Assembly: GCA_050273025.1 (NCBI GenBank)
Contig: CP158635.1
Location: 23,126,001 to 23,190,000, forward strand
Reading direction: 5' to 3'
Length of the DNA stretch: 64,000 bases
Origin: Cenococcum geophilum
Lineage: Eukaryota
The position numbers and the translations under genes were made by a program. The notes beneath the pieces are model-generated. The model was given only the letters and a program-made list of their open reading frames with translations. It had not been told where the DNA came from and searched no databases. Shown piece by piece: positions 41,073 through 53,987 of this stretch (its first letter is position 1; the number at the start of each line of letters is the position of its first letter).

Positions 41073-42633
41073 GATTAAGCGAACATTATGTGGAGCGGCG
41101 TGACGGTTGTCACAGAAGGGAGCTTGGATCTTAAATACATATTGCTGGCAGTCAGTTCTGCAATTCACTTCTAAGGCTGTGCGGGCAAAATATCGCACGC
41201 AACAAAAGTGACCTGAGCAATCAAGCGACGAGGCAGATGCAGCCACAAATGCCAAAAGGTAACGGATTAATCGAGTCGCTGCCCGTTAAGCTGCAGCCAC
41301 CAGTGCAGTTGGTCAATGCGCTTGTACACCGGACAACAAGGACAAAAGTGGACTGACCAACCAAAAACAGATAGTTGCCCAAATGGGTATCAGTGCTCAG
41401 CTGTATAGCAGGCTGATTCGACGGTGTTGAGACCTAAAACATCGTCCGCATTTAGAGTCTTCCGGCACAAAAGTACTTTACCCAATCGAATGCTTTGGTG
41501 TCGTGAACGCAGCAACAAATTCAAGTGCGGTCATGCGGGACGGGGGCGACTGACTAGAGATAAGCAATGGGACCGTCGATATGAGGTAAATTGCCGTGGG
41601 TTTTTTGAGCGTTAGAAGAGGACTATCGAATGAAGGCAGAGCTGGTCCTATCTTACCGAGCGCGACCTCTGATAACAGAATCATTGAACCAGAAGCATGA
41701 AGCAGCTTTATCCGCGGTGTAGTTTGGCAGACTTAGACTCTCGTCAAAGCCGTGGAGCTAGCAAACCTATTCATATATATAGTAAAGGAACGTGACGCGG
41801 CAGGACTCAAGACCCCAAAAAAGCTGTTGTTCTTGTGTTTGGAGCGATAAGTGCAAGTCGATCTGCGTAAGCATGCTGATAATGATATCTAACGGTAATC
41901 AAATTATTGTGGCGGATGTCGCCACCATAACCAGAGAGGACGGCCGACCCCACACCCTTGTACAAGCATTCTCGTAGTCAAGATGGTTACCGCACTACTG
42001 CCTGCAACGTTTAAGATAGTGTCGCTAAGAATAGCCCACCAATTCCTGGAGTAGGTTATGGCTGGAGCGTCGGCGATGCTCGTGCCTCCGAGTGCTTCTT
42101 TACCCGAGAGCAAGGGCAAGGACAAGAATATTTCGTGCAAAGTAACAGCATTCCGAGCTCAGCCAGACTTAAACGACGTGGTTAGGGAAGATGAGGCTGT
42201 TGATGGCTAAATTTCGAGGCGTGCCGGGGGATTCGGGGCATCGGTGGGAAGAGAACGCCGGGGAACTTTGGTTCGAGGGGTTGCCTCAGCTGTCGCCATC
42301 CCTGCTAGCGAGCTTCAGCCATTGTCCCCTGCTCGGATCTTGACTTGGCTCCGATCCCACCTTCAACCCCTCCATCGTGATCGCTACACGCCGCCATTTG
42401 CAGTATACCATCGCATCAAAACATGGACCGACTCTGCGCAACTCATGCTCCCGAACGAAACATGGAGAGCGATCTAAGATATATAAAAGAACCTCCAGAT
42501 GCTCTCCAATTACAATCATCACAACCGCAATCATCTCCAGCTTCACTAAACAACTAAACACTCCAGCCTCCAAAGAAACCATTCCTCCTATCCAACCCAA
42601 ACCCACCCAGACCAACTCAATCTCAACCCCAAA

Positions 42634-43224
42634 ATGGCATCCCAAACCAACCTCCCCGAAATCTCCCGCTATATCACAACCCACGACCCACACACCGGCC
42701 TCTCAATCTTCTCCCCTTTCCACGCCGCCACCGTCCCGAAAACGACTCTCCCTAACGGCTCCGCCTTTCAACTCGACTACACCACCTCCAGCACTCCGGT
42801 AACCTACACCGCCGACGCGGACATCAGCGCCTACAACGCGCACCTCGCATCCCACCCGCCCCTGCCGCCCGCCCACACAACCCCCAACGGCACCGTCCTG
42901 CGCCACACCGAGATGCCGCCGGGCGGCGCGACGCCGATGCACCGCACGCTGACGCTGGACTACGCGGTCGTGCTGGACGGCGAGGTGGAGCTGGTGCTGG
43001 ACGGCGGCGAGGCGCGGGTGCTGAGGCGCGGCGACACGGTCGTTCAGCGCGGGACGATGCACGCGTGGCGGAATCGCAGCCGGACGGAGTGGGTGCGGAT
43101 GCTGTGCGTGCTGATGCCCGTTGAGGAGGGGTGGATGGTGAAAGGCGAGGTCATGAGGCAGGAGTTTAGGGGGTCGCTACCACAGGCGCAACAGACGCAG
43201 CAGGTGCAGACGCTGGTTGAGTGA
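42634..43224 (+). CDS. Cupin (RmlC-like, Cupin_2) domain protein
   Basis: RYITTHD start; MPPGGATPMHRTLTLDYAVVLDGEVELVLDGGE...GDTVVQRGTMHAWRN; high GC3. Confidence 0.92.
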   Translation: MASQTNLPEISRYITTHDPHTGLSIFSPFHAATVPKTTLPNGSAFQLDYTTSSTPVTYTADADISAYNAHLASHPPLPPAHTTPNGTVLRHTEMPPGGATPMHRTLTLDYAVVLDGEVELVLDGGEARVLRRGDTVVQRGTMHAWRNRSRTEWVRMLCVLMPVEEGWMVKGEVMRQEFRGSLPQAQQTQQVQTLVE

Positions 43225-44175
43225 GTGGGTTTGCTCGTCCCTTGTGCTCTATTTACCCTTCGCTTCGCTTTTTCTTGCGGTCCTCATGTTTCTCACGACT
43301 GCTTTTTGCGTAAGGGAGAAGTGCTAATGTAGGTGCAACAGGACTCCCCGCGTTGAACTACGGGGCGGCGGTGGCGGTGGCAGTGGCAGTGACAGAGGCG
43401 CTGGGTGTCCGCGAGCTCAGAGTCGTGGCCGGTTCTTCGGCAGGAGGGAGCAGTCGCTCTCGCAGGCCTCGCAGGTGGAGGAGAGCAGTAGCAGCAGCGT
43501 GAGCAGCGTGAGCAGTCCGCAGGGGGGGAGCGAGAAGAAGTTTGGGTTATTCAGTCGTTGATTTTCATTGGTTCGTTCGTTTTCGTTATGCTGTATTGCG
43601 ATCTGCTATCCCTTCCCACGTTGTTTTGTGTACACAGCTATCGATAAGAATCTGGCCAATAAGAGGCTCTCAATCAGCCCTCTGTGGTAAGGACCGGCAC
43701 GGTGTTCCTAGGCTTAGCGCCAAGCTGTGGACGCAACGTGGGAAGGGATAGTTTGGCCTATGCTATATTTTGGCATTTGCTATATTTCTAGGATTTTACG
43801 ATATCTTTGGTATCGAGGTCTGTCCACAGCCTGCCTAGCGATCTCGTAGGCGTGTATGGGTAGCTGAATTAAATGTGCCTTCTTTCGTCCACGCTGGTGC
43901 AGATTACATGAAGGGGGTTTTGGAGCCTCGCAGCTGGTCAGCTTACCATAATAACTGAGACCTGGGCCCAAGCACGCTTACTATCCAGGTTGTGCAGCTG
44001 AGGTTTAAACCCCTCTCCAATTTCATTCCTCGCCAATAGTCCGGCCTGCAGTCGTAAAATAAAGCCCTGGCTACTCGCTTCCGCCCTTCTGGAACACCCA
44101 AACGTTGCGCCCGCACAACCACGCTTGGCGGGGGTCCTTCATCCCCGGAAACGTCTGCATGCGGCAGCTACCGTC

Positions 44176-44257
44176 CTGTGGTGTCAAGGGTAAGTTTTGT
44201 GCCAAGTCCCTTACAAATTATTAGAGTCTTGGCATAAACTTACCCTTGATACCACAG
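44176..44257. repeat. 82-bp hairpin or mini-MITE upstream of the chitosanase
   Basis: ctgtggtgtcaagggtaagttttgtgccaag is a near-perfect inverted repeat of cttggcataaacttacccttgataccacag. Confidence 0.8.
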
Positions 44258-44562
44258 TAGTTGCCCACCCGCTTTGCCAGCTGGACTAATTTTGTACTAG
44301 TCTTAGTCATCCAATACGATGACCACATCAATTCTTGTGACACACGCTCGGATCTTTCCTGTCATCAGCCCGTCGCCGTGCTGTAAATCAGCTGGAGCGT
44401 ATAAAGAGGAGAAGAGCGCGCGTTGAGGAGAGTGCTCATCCCGCAGCTAGGACGCAATTGCGAGAATTTCTTAGGCTGTACTATTTATTTTACGACTTCT
44501 AGATTCCTCGGCTTCAAGATTTCACAACTTTCGGGCATTTCGGGCTCCAGCCAAAAAAAAAT

Positions 44563-45637
44563 ATGTCACGCCTACCTCTCCTCGTCCTCGCAACAGCCGT
44601 CCTGCGCGCTCTCGCCCGCGACATCCCAGAAAACGTCCAGGACTTCTACGATGCGAACATCGTGCGTCTCTCCCTCTCCCAATTCCCTACCCCACCTCTC
44701 CCTCTCTGTATATATATACAAACCCTCTCCAATCCACAATACACTTATATTTATTCCCCACACCTCCAAAAACCCTCCACTAACATCCCCCGCTAGGGCG
44801 GCGACTGCGCCAACCCCCTCTCCGACGCCTTCACCGACGGCCAAACCTCCACCGCCAACATCGTCTACTGCAGCGACGCCTCCACCGGCGCCGTGTACCT
44901 CAAAGGCCCCGACGGCACCTACGACGACATGGACATCGACTGCGACGGTCTGAATGCGTCGGAGGGGCTGTGCAACAACGACCCCTCGGGCCAGTCGCAG
45001 ACCGCGTTCCAGAGCGAGGTGCAGGAGTTCGGGATCGCGGATCTGGACGCGCACGTGCATCCGTACGTTGTGCTGGGGAACGAGGGCGAGGATCCGAGTT
45101 TTGATCCGCAGAGCGCGGGGATACAGCCGTTGAGCGTGGTGGCGGTGGTGTGTAATGGGCAGTTGGTGAGTCTGCGGCCCCGTCCCACCTTTTCCCCCTT
45201 TTCCCGGGAGCAAGAGCGAAATTGGTCATTGGTTCCCTAGGCTGGTTCGGGCTGAGGCGGGAGGTGGGAGGCTGGAGAGAGCGGAGCGAGCGGAGCGATG
45301 ACGGGCTGGGCTGACATCCCGCTAGATCTACGGCGTCTGGGGCGATACCAACGGCGGCACTTCGACCGGCGAAGCGTCGCTGGCACTTGGGCAGCTGTGT
45401 TTCGGTGACGATGCGGTCAGTGGGGATAATGGGCATACTGAGCATGATATCCTGTATATTGCGTTTCCGGGCGATGACGCTGTACCAGGCAGCGGGGCGG
45501 ACTGGACGGCGGCGACGAAGGAGGATTTCGAGAGCAGTATTCAGGAGCTTGGGGATAGCCTTGTTGCGGGGTTAGGTGCGGAAGGCCAGAGGGAGGTTAG
45601 AGGGGTGAGGAGGTGGAGGGGGAGGGGGAAGAATTGA
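44563..45637 (+). CDS. Secreted fungal chitosanase, GH75; exons 44563-44661, 44797-45165, 45326-45637
   Basis: Signal peptide; [39 protein letters not shown] and YGVWGDTNG...GEASL (catalytic D/E region). Confidence 0.95.
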
Positions 45638-46443
45638 AGGGAGGGACGGAGCGGTTGAGAGGATGTGTTGGGGGTGAGTTGGTGATGAATTATGGGTAGG
45701 TGGGGGTTATAGGTTGCTTGTCAGTAAACCATATGAGAGAATTACCTTTTGGAGTTTTCTTTCTGCCCCGTTGACAACTTCGCGCCGAATAGGTGGTGGG
45801 TACGAAATTTGAATCAAGCCAAGATGAACATTCGAGCAATGAACTGGAAAGTTAGAAGCGAAGGACTTGGATTTCCTGCTGCTTTAGAGCAAGGCTCGAG
45901 CATATTTAGCGCGCTAAATAATGGAAATAGATAAGTTTATAGCGTCTCTAAGTGTTGCGAATGAAACTGCGATTACCCTTGATGATGGGTTATTGGGTAG
46001 ACTACGGAATAAACAGCTGAGGGGCCGCAGGTGTGGGCCAAAATGCCAAGGATAAACCAAGAAATCCGAAATTATTAAAGGCATCGTGGTATCCAGCTTT
46101 GATGTGGTGGCCCTTCGTCGCGGGGGAAATATAATACCAACTCCCTGCCACCAGCAGTGGTGATGTTCGGCCTAGCATTGAAATCACCTTTGCTGAAGCC
46201 GACTCTGACTTGATTTGCTAAATGGTTCTACGCAGAGGGCGAGATCAAAAATGAGGTCCGCCTTGGTTTTTAACCGCCGACACGTAGAACAAAAATTTCG
46301 CGCATCCGTTGGTGAAGGTTATTCTAATGCGGATGGAAAATCGCGAGTGAAGGACAGCATGGAGAGGAGAAGTAGAGCCAAGAAAGTAAATACTGTACAT
46401 GGATTCGTCTAGTAACGTGTTTTATCATCTAGTAATATCAGTC

Positions 46444-46791
46444 ATCCGGTAGCCCCAAAAATTGGAAAAACTGCACCTTAATATCTTAACAACGGCTTAA
46501 TAATAAATTCCAAAATTTTATAATTAGCCTTTCGTGCCTACATTAAGGCTTTTAATAAAGTTCTAGTATAATAAGCCTGGCCATTATTAAAATATCGGGT
46601 TTTGGCCCCTAATTTTAAGTTAAATTACGATATTTTTAGAGCTACTTAATAGATTATTTTTTAAATCTAATAAGAGGTTTAAAATAGGTATAAAAGGCTA
46701 ATTATAAAATTTTGGTTTTTATTGTTAAGCCGTTGTTAAGATATTAAGGTGCAGTTTTTCCAATTTTTGGTCGTTTTTGGGGCTACCGGAT
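46444..46791. mobile_element. MITE with ~90-bp terminal inverted repeats
   Basis: atccggtagccccaaaaattggaaaaactgcaccttaatatcttaacaacggcttaa... is mirrored at the right end; AT-rich non-coding core; TSD not resolved. Confidence 0.85.
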
Positions 46792-48394
46792 TACGCTTGC
46801 CGATGGCGGGCAGTTTGGGACAGCAGGGCCGTTTTCATCGGATTATCTTCCGTTTTCCGTCAAGAATAACTATGTTTACGTCTGTAAACGTGCAGGCTTT
46901 ATTTGGTGAAATGTAGCTTTGACTCGAACATTTTCATGGTGCCGCATCTTCCTGCACTATACAGTACGACTTGCCCATCATTTGATTTGATACCTGCGAC
47001 GCCTCCACTGAAGTATTGCCTTCCGATCATACCACCCTCAAAGCTGAAAGCCCCCGAAACATTGCGTCATGAATAGGCCGGGATTTAGTAATTCAGCTCG
47101 AGAAGAATTGTCCGCAAAGTTAAATCTGAGACCCCATATCCACATCTTCTGGAGCATATTGCGGTGGCTGCCCCACACACACGCTCAAGCCAATTATCCC
47201 AGACCTAAAACCTTGAGGCGCCGAGCACCTTTTAGCATACTTTGAGGAGGAAAGTTCAATCACCGATGCCCCTGCATCTTGATACTGGATATGGCAGAGA
47301 TGCGTCGTTACAGCGCCACTGCTCGGCAGTTCCCCTACTGGCAGTTCCCCTGCTGTCCCGCGTTTTCTTCCTTGGCAGGGCGGACAGACCTCTCCAGACC
47401 TGCATGGGCCACTCCATCCACGAACAACATTCGCACTAAAAGGATCGTCGAAGGCGGGGAGTTTGTTGCGAGCTAGGGGAGCTAGATTCGGCTTAGATCG
47501 TCGCTTCCGTTCATCGCTCGGAAATGATACTGGCTTCTCGGAGCTTTTAAATGCCTCTGCTTATGCTGCGTCGCCCGAAAAGGAGTTTTCACAAAATGAA
47601 CTTCTCAGAAACTTTCCTTTCAGGAGACCAGATATTGAGAAACTAAAAAAACCTGCCCTAGGGTATGGATTCCGGCTCATGCGAGTGACTGACTCAGGTA
47701 CAATTCATCTGCGAACTTTATTTTACGTGAACAGGGTGAAACACGACTGACGGGCCGCCTCCTGAAAACCTTGACTTCTCCACGATTCGCTTTCTGGGCA
47801 GCTAGTCATAGGCTGGCTTCGAAAATCCTCTTTAGGCCCAGCCAATTATGTAAAGACGGCTTTGAGAATTACTCGTATCAAGCATGGACCTGACTTTTGT
47901 CTGTTTTGAGATACACCTACTGCAGGCTTACGGCTGCCCGCGAAAAATCTGGACCCTGAAGGCTTTGCTTTGAATTGCTTTCGGTGCTGCGAAATCATTT
48001 CGCGTGTAATACAGAGCTATGCAGCCGCTCTTGTATTCCCGTAGCATGAAGACCGATAAAACGGAATAGCTAATAAACTGCCCCCGAGACATGCCCTCCG
48101 GCCGTAATAAGCGTGCCAATACGGCGAATCGAAAGGGTGAGATGCGAGATGTCGACTGGGCAAGCCACTATGCAGCTAAAACCTTGTCTGCGACGCCAGG
48201 CCAACGGCAAAGGTCAACACAAAGCGAAGCCGGCTAGGGATGGCTGATGTGATCTTGGGAATATATCTATATAGTATGTCCTCACTGCATGGCTTGCTGG
48301 ACCGCACAACTCTCCGCTTCTCTAAGCAGCAACGTACTTAGTCCCGCTTCCTGTCTGAGCTTTCCAGAGGCAGGTGGAGCACATCTTGAGTACC

Positions 48395-49598
48395 ATGGCC
48401 ACCCAAACAGCTGCACCTGGCCCGAACGTCAACCACGCTCCAGAATTACTAGGTATCACTGGAGCGCTGTATATCGTCGCACTTCTGCTATGGGGAACAA
48501 GGATGTATTCTCGACTCCGACCCACACCAATGCTAGGATGGGATGACTACACAATCACGTTAGGCATTGTGAGTAGACCACTGCCTACTTCTGCGCCGTC
48601 TTCAAAACGCTAACGAATCCCGAGAGGTCATAGGAATAATAGGATGGGGCTTCTTCGTAGTCTCCACCGTGCATGGCGTCGGCCGCCACAACTACTACGT
48701 CAGTCCATCTGACCAAATCATGGCGCAACGCTGGCTCTTTGCCAGCGAAGCGCCTTGGCCAATCGCGGTGATGTTTGTCAAGATCAGCATTGCTTGCATG
48801 CTCCTTCGTATCAAGCGAAGTAAGCCATGGCTAGCCTTCCTATATATCATGATCGCTATTCAGGTAGCGACTTGCATCGGCTCCGTCGCATTCATACTCT
48901 TCCGATGCATTCCTCTGCGCGCACATTGGGATCCCAGCGTAACCAATGCTCGATGTGTGAGTATTAAGTCAATATATTATAGCATCTACATCACCGCGGT
49001 AGTTTCCATCGTAACCGACCTGACATTGGCCTTCCTACCATTAGCCTTCATCCGGAAAATGCAGCGACCTCTACGCGACAAGATCGTCCTCTCAGCACTC
49101 ATGGGCCTCGGCATCTTCGCAACCATCATGTCCATTGTCAAAACCACCGTCGTGAAACACTACGGCGCGACGGGGGATATTCTCTGGGACAGCATCGATC
49201 TCTCCCTGTGGAGTATCCTCGAAGAGCAGGCGGGCATCATCGCCGCCTGCATCCCTTGCCTAAGGTCGCCCTTTGAGCGGATCCTCGACCGCATCCGCTT
49301 CGTGCCTGGCGGAGAGCGGGGCCAGGACGCTAGCAGCGTCACTTACATTGGCGATAGGAGGTCGTACCAGATCTCTAGTCCAAAAAGGCTCTCGAAGAAC
49401 ACGAGTGGGGTTGCGGATGCGGATGCGCTGAGTGAAGAGCCGGTTCTGCCTTTTGAGAATGACAGAGTGAATAGGCAGTCTGCGACCGGGCGGATCTTGA
49501 AAACGACGGAGCTGCATGTTTCGGAAGAGGTGTCGAGGGTAGAGTCGGCGGGAGGGGTGGAGAGTTGGAGGACGGACTGTGAGAAGGGCCTTGTGTGA
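48395..49598 (+). CDS. PTH11-like (fungal rhodopsin-domain) seven-TM integral membrane protein without CFEM; intron 48569-48626
   Basis: RMYSR...LGWDDY, HGVGRH, FVKISI, C.PLRAHWD, TDLTLAFLP and WSILEEQAGIIAACIPCLR motifs. Confidence 0.92.
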
Positions 49599-50094
49599 GA
49601 ATGACGCTGAGTAGTGTTGCAGAATGAGATTTAGCATGGAGGGTATCTGGGAATTTTGTCTGATGTTAATTTTGAAAGGCGTTATGAAGCGCGGCTATCT
49701 TGATACTTCTGGGATGCTGCATAGAGCATTGGGCCGTATCAGAAGGCGTTGATACTTTTGGGTGTTTTTTTAGTGGTATTCGGACAAGCTATGACCTCTA
49801 TATACAATCCTCATCACTTCGTAGAACAATGGAGCAGGGCGGCGAGGTGGGGTTAGGCAGATGCATCTAGATCAGAAACGCGTTTAGAGATGTGGCCGAG
49901 CATTTGGTGAAACGAATTGCAATGTAACTGTAATTAAAAGTGACTCTACATGCCTAAATTATATTTTGAGATGGTTCGCTCTAGCTACATGTATCAATGA
50001 CTCCACGGTGGCTCATTTAATGTTACCTCAGCAGGCTCAGACCATAGAATTCAATTAGCGGATATTGCTAACCTTTTTGTCAAAAAGTTGATTC

Positions 50095-50463
50095 TATGGT
50101 CTACTCGCCGCACCGACCAAGAGCAGAGCGGTTAGAGCCGTAGCTTTACAGGACTGTAGGAGTACTATAGACAAAAAATATTGCGATAGTAATAAGTCTA
50201 TTTTACTAGGAGATATAAACCTTTACTACCCGCAGTAGGGAGGTATCTATATCGCCGCTAAACTATAGGTAGAGAGCCTACTAGAAGCTATAGATAGTTA
50301 AGGCCTTAAGCTAGCTACCTCCCTAAGGGCAACTACCTAATAAAGAGGTATAGCCAAGAGTATAATCGACCTTATATTTATAGATAAAGGCCTATGCTAA
50401 AGGCTTAAGGGATATACCCCTAAAGAGGAGTAGGTGCTTATTTTAGACTATATACCTATCTAG
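50095..50463 (+). mobile_element. LINE endonuclease (APE) fragment, host of the Crypton pair; resumes briefly at 60763
   Basis: De-RIPed ILLGDMNLHHPQWGG, TW..G...SIIDL.F and SDHIPI. Confidence 0.8.
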
Positions 50464-53400
50464 GTATTAGAGGTCCGGGTTAGGCTTAGTATAACCTCGG
50501 GTTACGCACGACCCCCCAAGGTCCGCGACATATCGTCCAAATATTACCCCCCCCTTTGGTGGTGGCCCCTACTTTTTAGACGCGTTTTTAAGGCCTAGGT
50601 TAGTACTAGGTTAGTATAGAGGGCCTTAGCGCGCCTTCGACCTTACCGTCGCCTCGACGATCTATTTTCCAACCCTCTCCTATCCTTATGCCCGCGCTAG
50701 CTCGCGTAGGGCTTCTGATTTTATATAGAAAGGCCTACCGTAATTATAATTGTATAATATAAAGCCCTCTTCTCCTTCTTCTCCTTTAATATTTACGCGT
50801 TCGGTAGCTTTATTTACCCACGCCGCGCTTACGCGTCTCCCCCTTACCTCTTATAGATATGGAGTCTTTTAAGAATCTCCTTACCCTATAGTCCACTTTA
50901 TAGTTAACAAAAGCCCCTTTAGCCTCCTCCCCCTATAGCCTCTAGAGCGAATTTAAGGCCCAGATAGTACGGCTACACGATATTTATAAGGCCTAGCGCT
51001 TAAAGAATACTATAAGGGCATATAAGCTAAAGTAGAAAAAGTGGGAAGACTAGTATATAAGACTAAAAGGTAATATAAACGGCGCCTAGGTAATAGAAGA
51101 TAAGCTTTACCTATTTTTAGAGTAGTAAGTTATTAACTAAGAATTATAGGCTGCTAGTTATTAACCAAGAATTATAAGCTGCTAGTTATTAAAAATAGAA
51201 GTTAAAATAGAAAGAGATATAAAAAGATAGTAAGCGGGTAAAGAAGAGATAGAAGATAATTAAGCGGGTAAGGTAGCTAGGGGGGAAGGCAGCCGTAGGG
51301 GCAGCTATAGGGGTAGCTGTAAGTATAGGGGAGGAAGCTATAAAGGAGGAAGGGGAGATATAGGATAAGGAGGCCCTAAACGCCCTATTTAACGAGATAG
51401 TCCAATACTTAGTTATAAATAGCTACGTCTCCGCTATTACTAAGCTTTACGCATAGTAGTTAAAAGGTAAAATTTTACAGCCGCTATAGGGGGTAAAGCT
51501 CTTAGTAGTACTAGATAGCGTCCGCTATAATAAGAACTGGATTTAACGCGTTAACTTTATTAATTAAGGCCTATTTATAATTACTAGCGGCTATAATATT
51601 AAAGGGCTTAAAAAGGCGATTACTTAGTACTAGGAGATGGGCTCTAAGATACCAGGTTTAGTTAAGTTTTACCTTTAAACTATAGCTAAGTATTTATTAG
51701 GTTTGTATATACCCTATTTAGTTTATATAGCTACCATTTTCTAACCTATTCCTTAGGCTATACTACTATTACCTATAGTAAAAGTAAACGAGACGTTTAG
51801 CTTATTAACTTTATCCTTATTAAACTAGAGAACGAAAGGCCTAAACTAAATAAATTAGCGCCGTGTATAATTATATTAATAATATAAGGGAAGCAGAATT
51901 AGCACGGCAAGGTTAAGTATATAGGCTATATACGGAACGCTAACCCTATCCTCTACCCCCTCTTTATAGTAGCCTTCTACTTCTTTAACCGCTAGGGTAA
52001 AGACGGCGCTAAGAGCTTCCTATTCTTTTAGCAGCTAGAGGACTACTATAACCTATACGTCTTCCCTAGCAGTATTAAAGTACTACAACGGCCGCTAAGC
52101 TATTATACGCAGTTTAAATAAAATAAAAAGATATTCTAGGGGGTAGGAATTTACTTAAAGAAGAAGACCTATAGCGCTTATAAGTAGAGCGTCTAATATA
52201 CTAAGCTTAGCGGCGTTAAGGAGACCTAAATTAAATAGGCCGGATACTAAAATATGGATATAATAATAGGAGCCTACCTTAGCTACCTACCCTATACGTT
52301 TATACGGTTAATTGCTAGCTTCCTAAAGGAAGAAAAGGGCTACTTTTTTCCCTACACACGGGAGGTGCCGGAGGAGGCCTTTTATTTAAAGATATGGCCT
52401 AAGACTAACGTCTAGCTAAAATATATAAAGGCCTATTACCTAGGTAGGGCCGATAATAAGGTTATACGGCTTAACCTTATAGGCTTAGGATTTCTACGCC
52501 TCCTCTATACACTTAGGGTAATCTTATTATAGGACTTAGTAATTTTACGCAAGCAGTTCCCGCTTTACCCCCTATAAAAGGACCCTCTTTTTAGCTGTAA
52601 GGAATACTAGAGGTTTACTACATAAGTAAAAAGCTCGCTAGCTAACGTAGTTACGCTAGATAAGCTAATAATGTGGAAATACTAGCCCGCCTATAAGGCC
52701 GTAGCTAAGCTAAAATATAAGGCCGTAATCTCTAAGGTAAAGGGGGTTTAATTACGCATATAGACGATTTTAGAACGCCTTAGTGAAATAAAAAGGTTAT
52801 TAGTATTATTCGCACCTATATAGATTTAGTAAGGGAAGATAGGTATTTAGATAGGGCCTATAGAGTCTATATATCCACCTTTAGGCGAGCCCGCGCCGTC
52901 TATTATAATATCTACTATATCCGCGCCGCCTATTTAGCCGTCTATAATATCCGTACTGCCCGCTTAGCCGCCGTTTATAATATCCGCACCGTCCGCTTAG
53001 CTATTTATAATATCCGCACTATCTGCTTAGCCGTCTATAATATCCGCACCGCCCACTTAGCCGTTTACTATATTTATATTGCCCCTATTAGTATAGGTAC
53101 AAGCTAATACTTAACTATCTCTTCTATTTATTCTTAACCTATAGGCGCTGTTAAGGAAATATAAAATGCTTTAAGGTAGTAATTTAGTCTTTTAGCTCTA
53201 GATTAAGTAGACTTTAGGGCTAGCAGGTAGGCTATTAATTAAAGCTCTTAATTACTACTAGAGGGCACGCTGGCGGGTTAACGGCAAGGCTATATTCTAT
53301 AGCCGTCGCTATAGGATTATTAAGGATATAAGATAGCGCGTAAAAGACGGTATGGTAAGAAATAAGAGATAGGCTATTAACTAGCTAGAACAGCTACAAG

Positions 53401-53987
53401 GCTAGCATTCTTTAGATTAGCTTTATAAGAATATCTAAGGTAAAGAAGGCTCCCTCTTAAGTAGTAAATAATACCTATTTTACTATAGTAACCAAGACGC
53501 CTTAATGTAGGACTATACTAGTAACCGAGACGTCTTAATATAGGACTATACTATAGTAACTAAGACGCCTTAATATAGAACTGTACTGTAGTAACTAAGA
53601 CGCCTTAATATAGAACTGCACTATAGTAACTAAAACGCCTTAATATACGACTGCACTGTATTAACTAAGACGCCTTAATATAGGACTATACTATAGTAAC
53701 TAAGACGTCTTAATATAGGACTATACTATAGTAACTAAGACGCCTTAATATAGGAATAGAGCCTATTTAGGTGTTATAAATTTAGAGTAATATTACGCGA
53801 CCGTCTAGAAGTACCAATTTAATACAAATTATGTACCTTTTCGCCTAAAATCGCGTGCGAAAGTACTTGGGGGTGGTCGCAACGCGACCTTATATAGGGT
53901 TCGGGCGCGTTATTAGTAGGGGTAGCCCTAACCTTATATTAACCCAGGTCGTAACCGCGCTAAATTAGCCCCCTTAATATATGATAG
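50464..53987 (+). mobile_element. Crypton (tyrosine-recombinase DNA transposon, CryptonF-like), unit 1, 3524 bp, RIPed
   Basis: Relics of an Ndc10-like YR domain (KKTHS.R, AGHW, GAYLS.LP..FMRS.AGF) and C-terminal GCR1_C-like FYSRRR.II; probable intron at ~51700-51757; no TIRs or LTRs. Confidence 0.82.
53480..53755 (+). repeat. 35-bp subterminal tandem repeat of the Crypton (also at ~60290-60530)
   Basis: Unit gtaactaagacgccttaatataggactatactata, about 7-8 copies per element. Confidence 0.9.

Noticed and set aside
41400..42500. Several 60-140 aa ORFs
   Set aside because: No motif recognised; some are alternative frames or antisense of the cupin 5' region. A decayed gene cannot be excluded.
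45749..48300. Small ORFs around the MITE
   Set aside because: Stop-interrupted, non-ATG starts, no family similarity that I can support.
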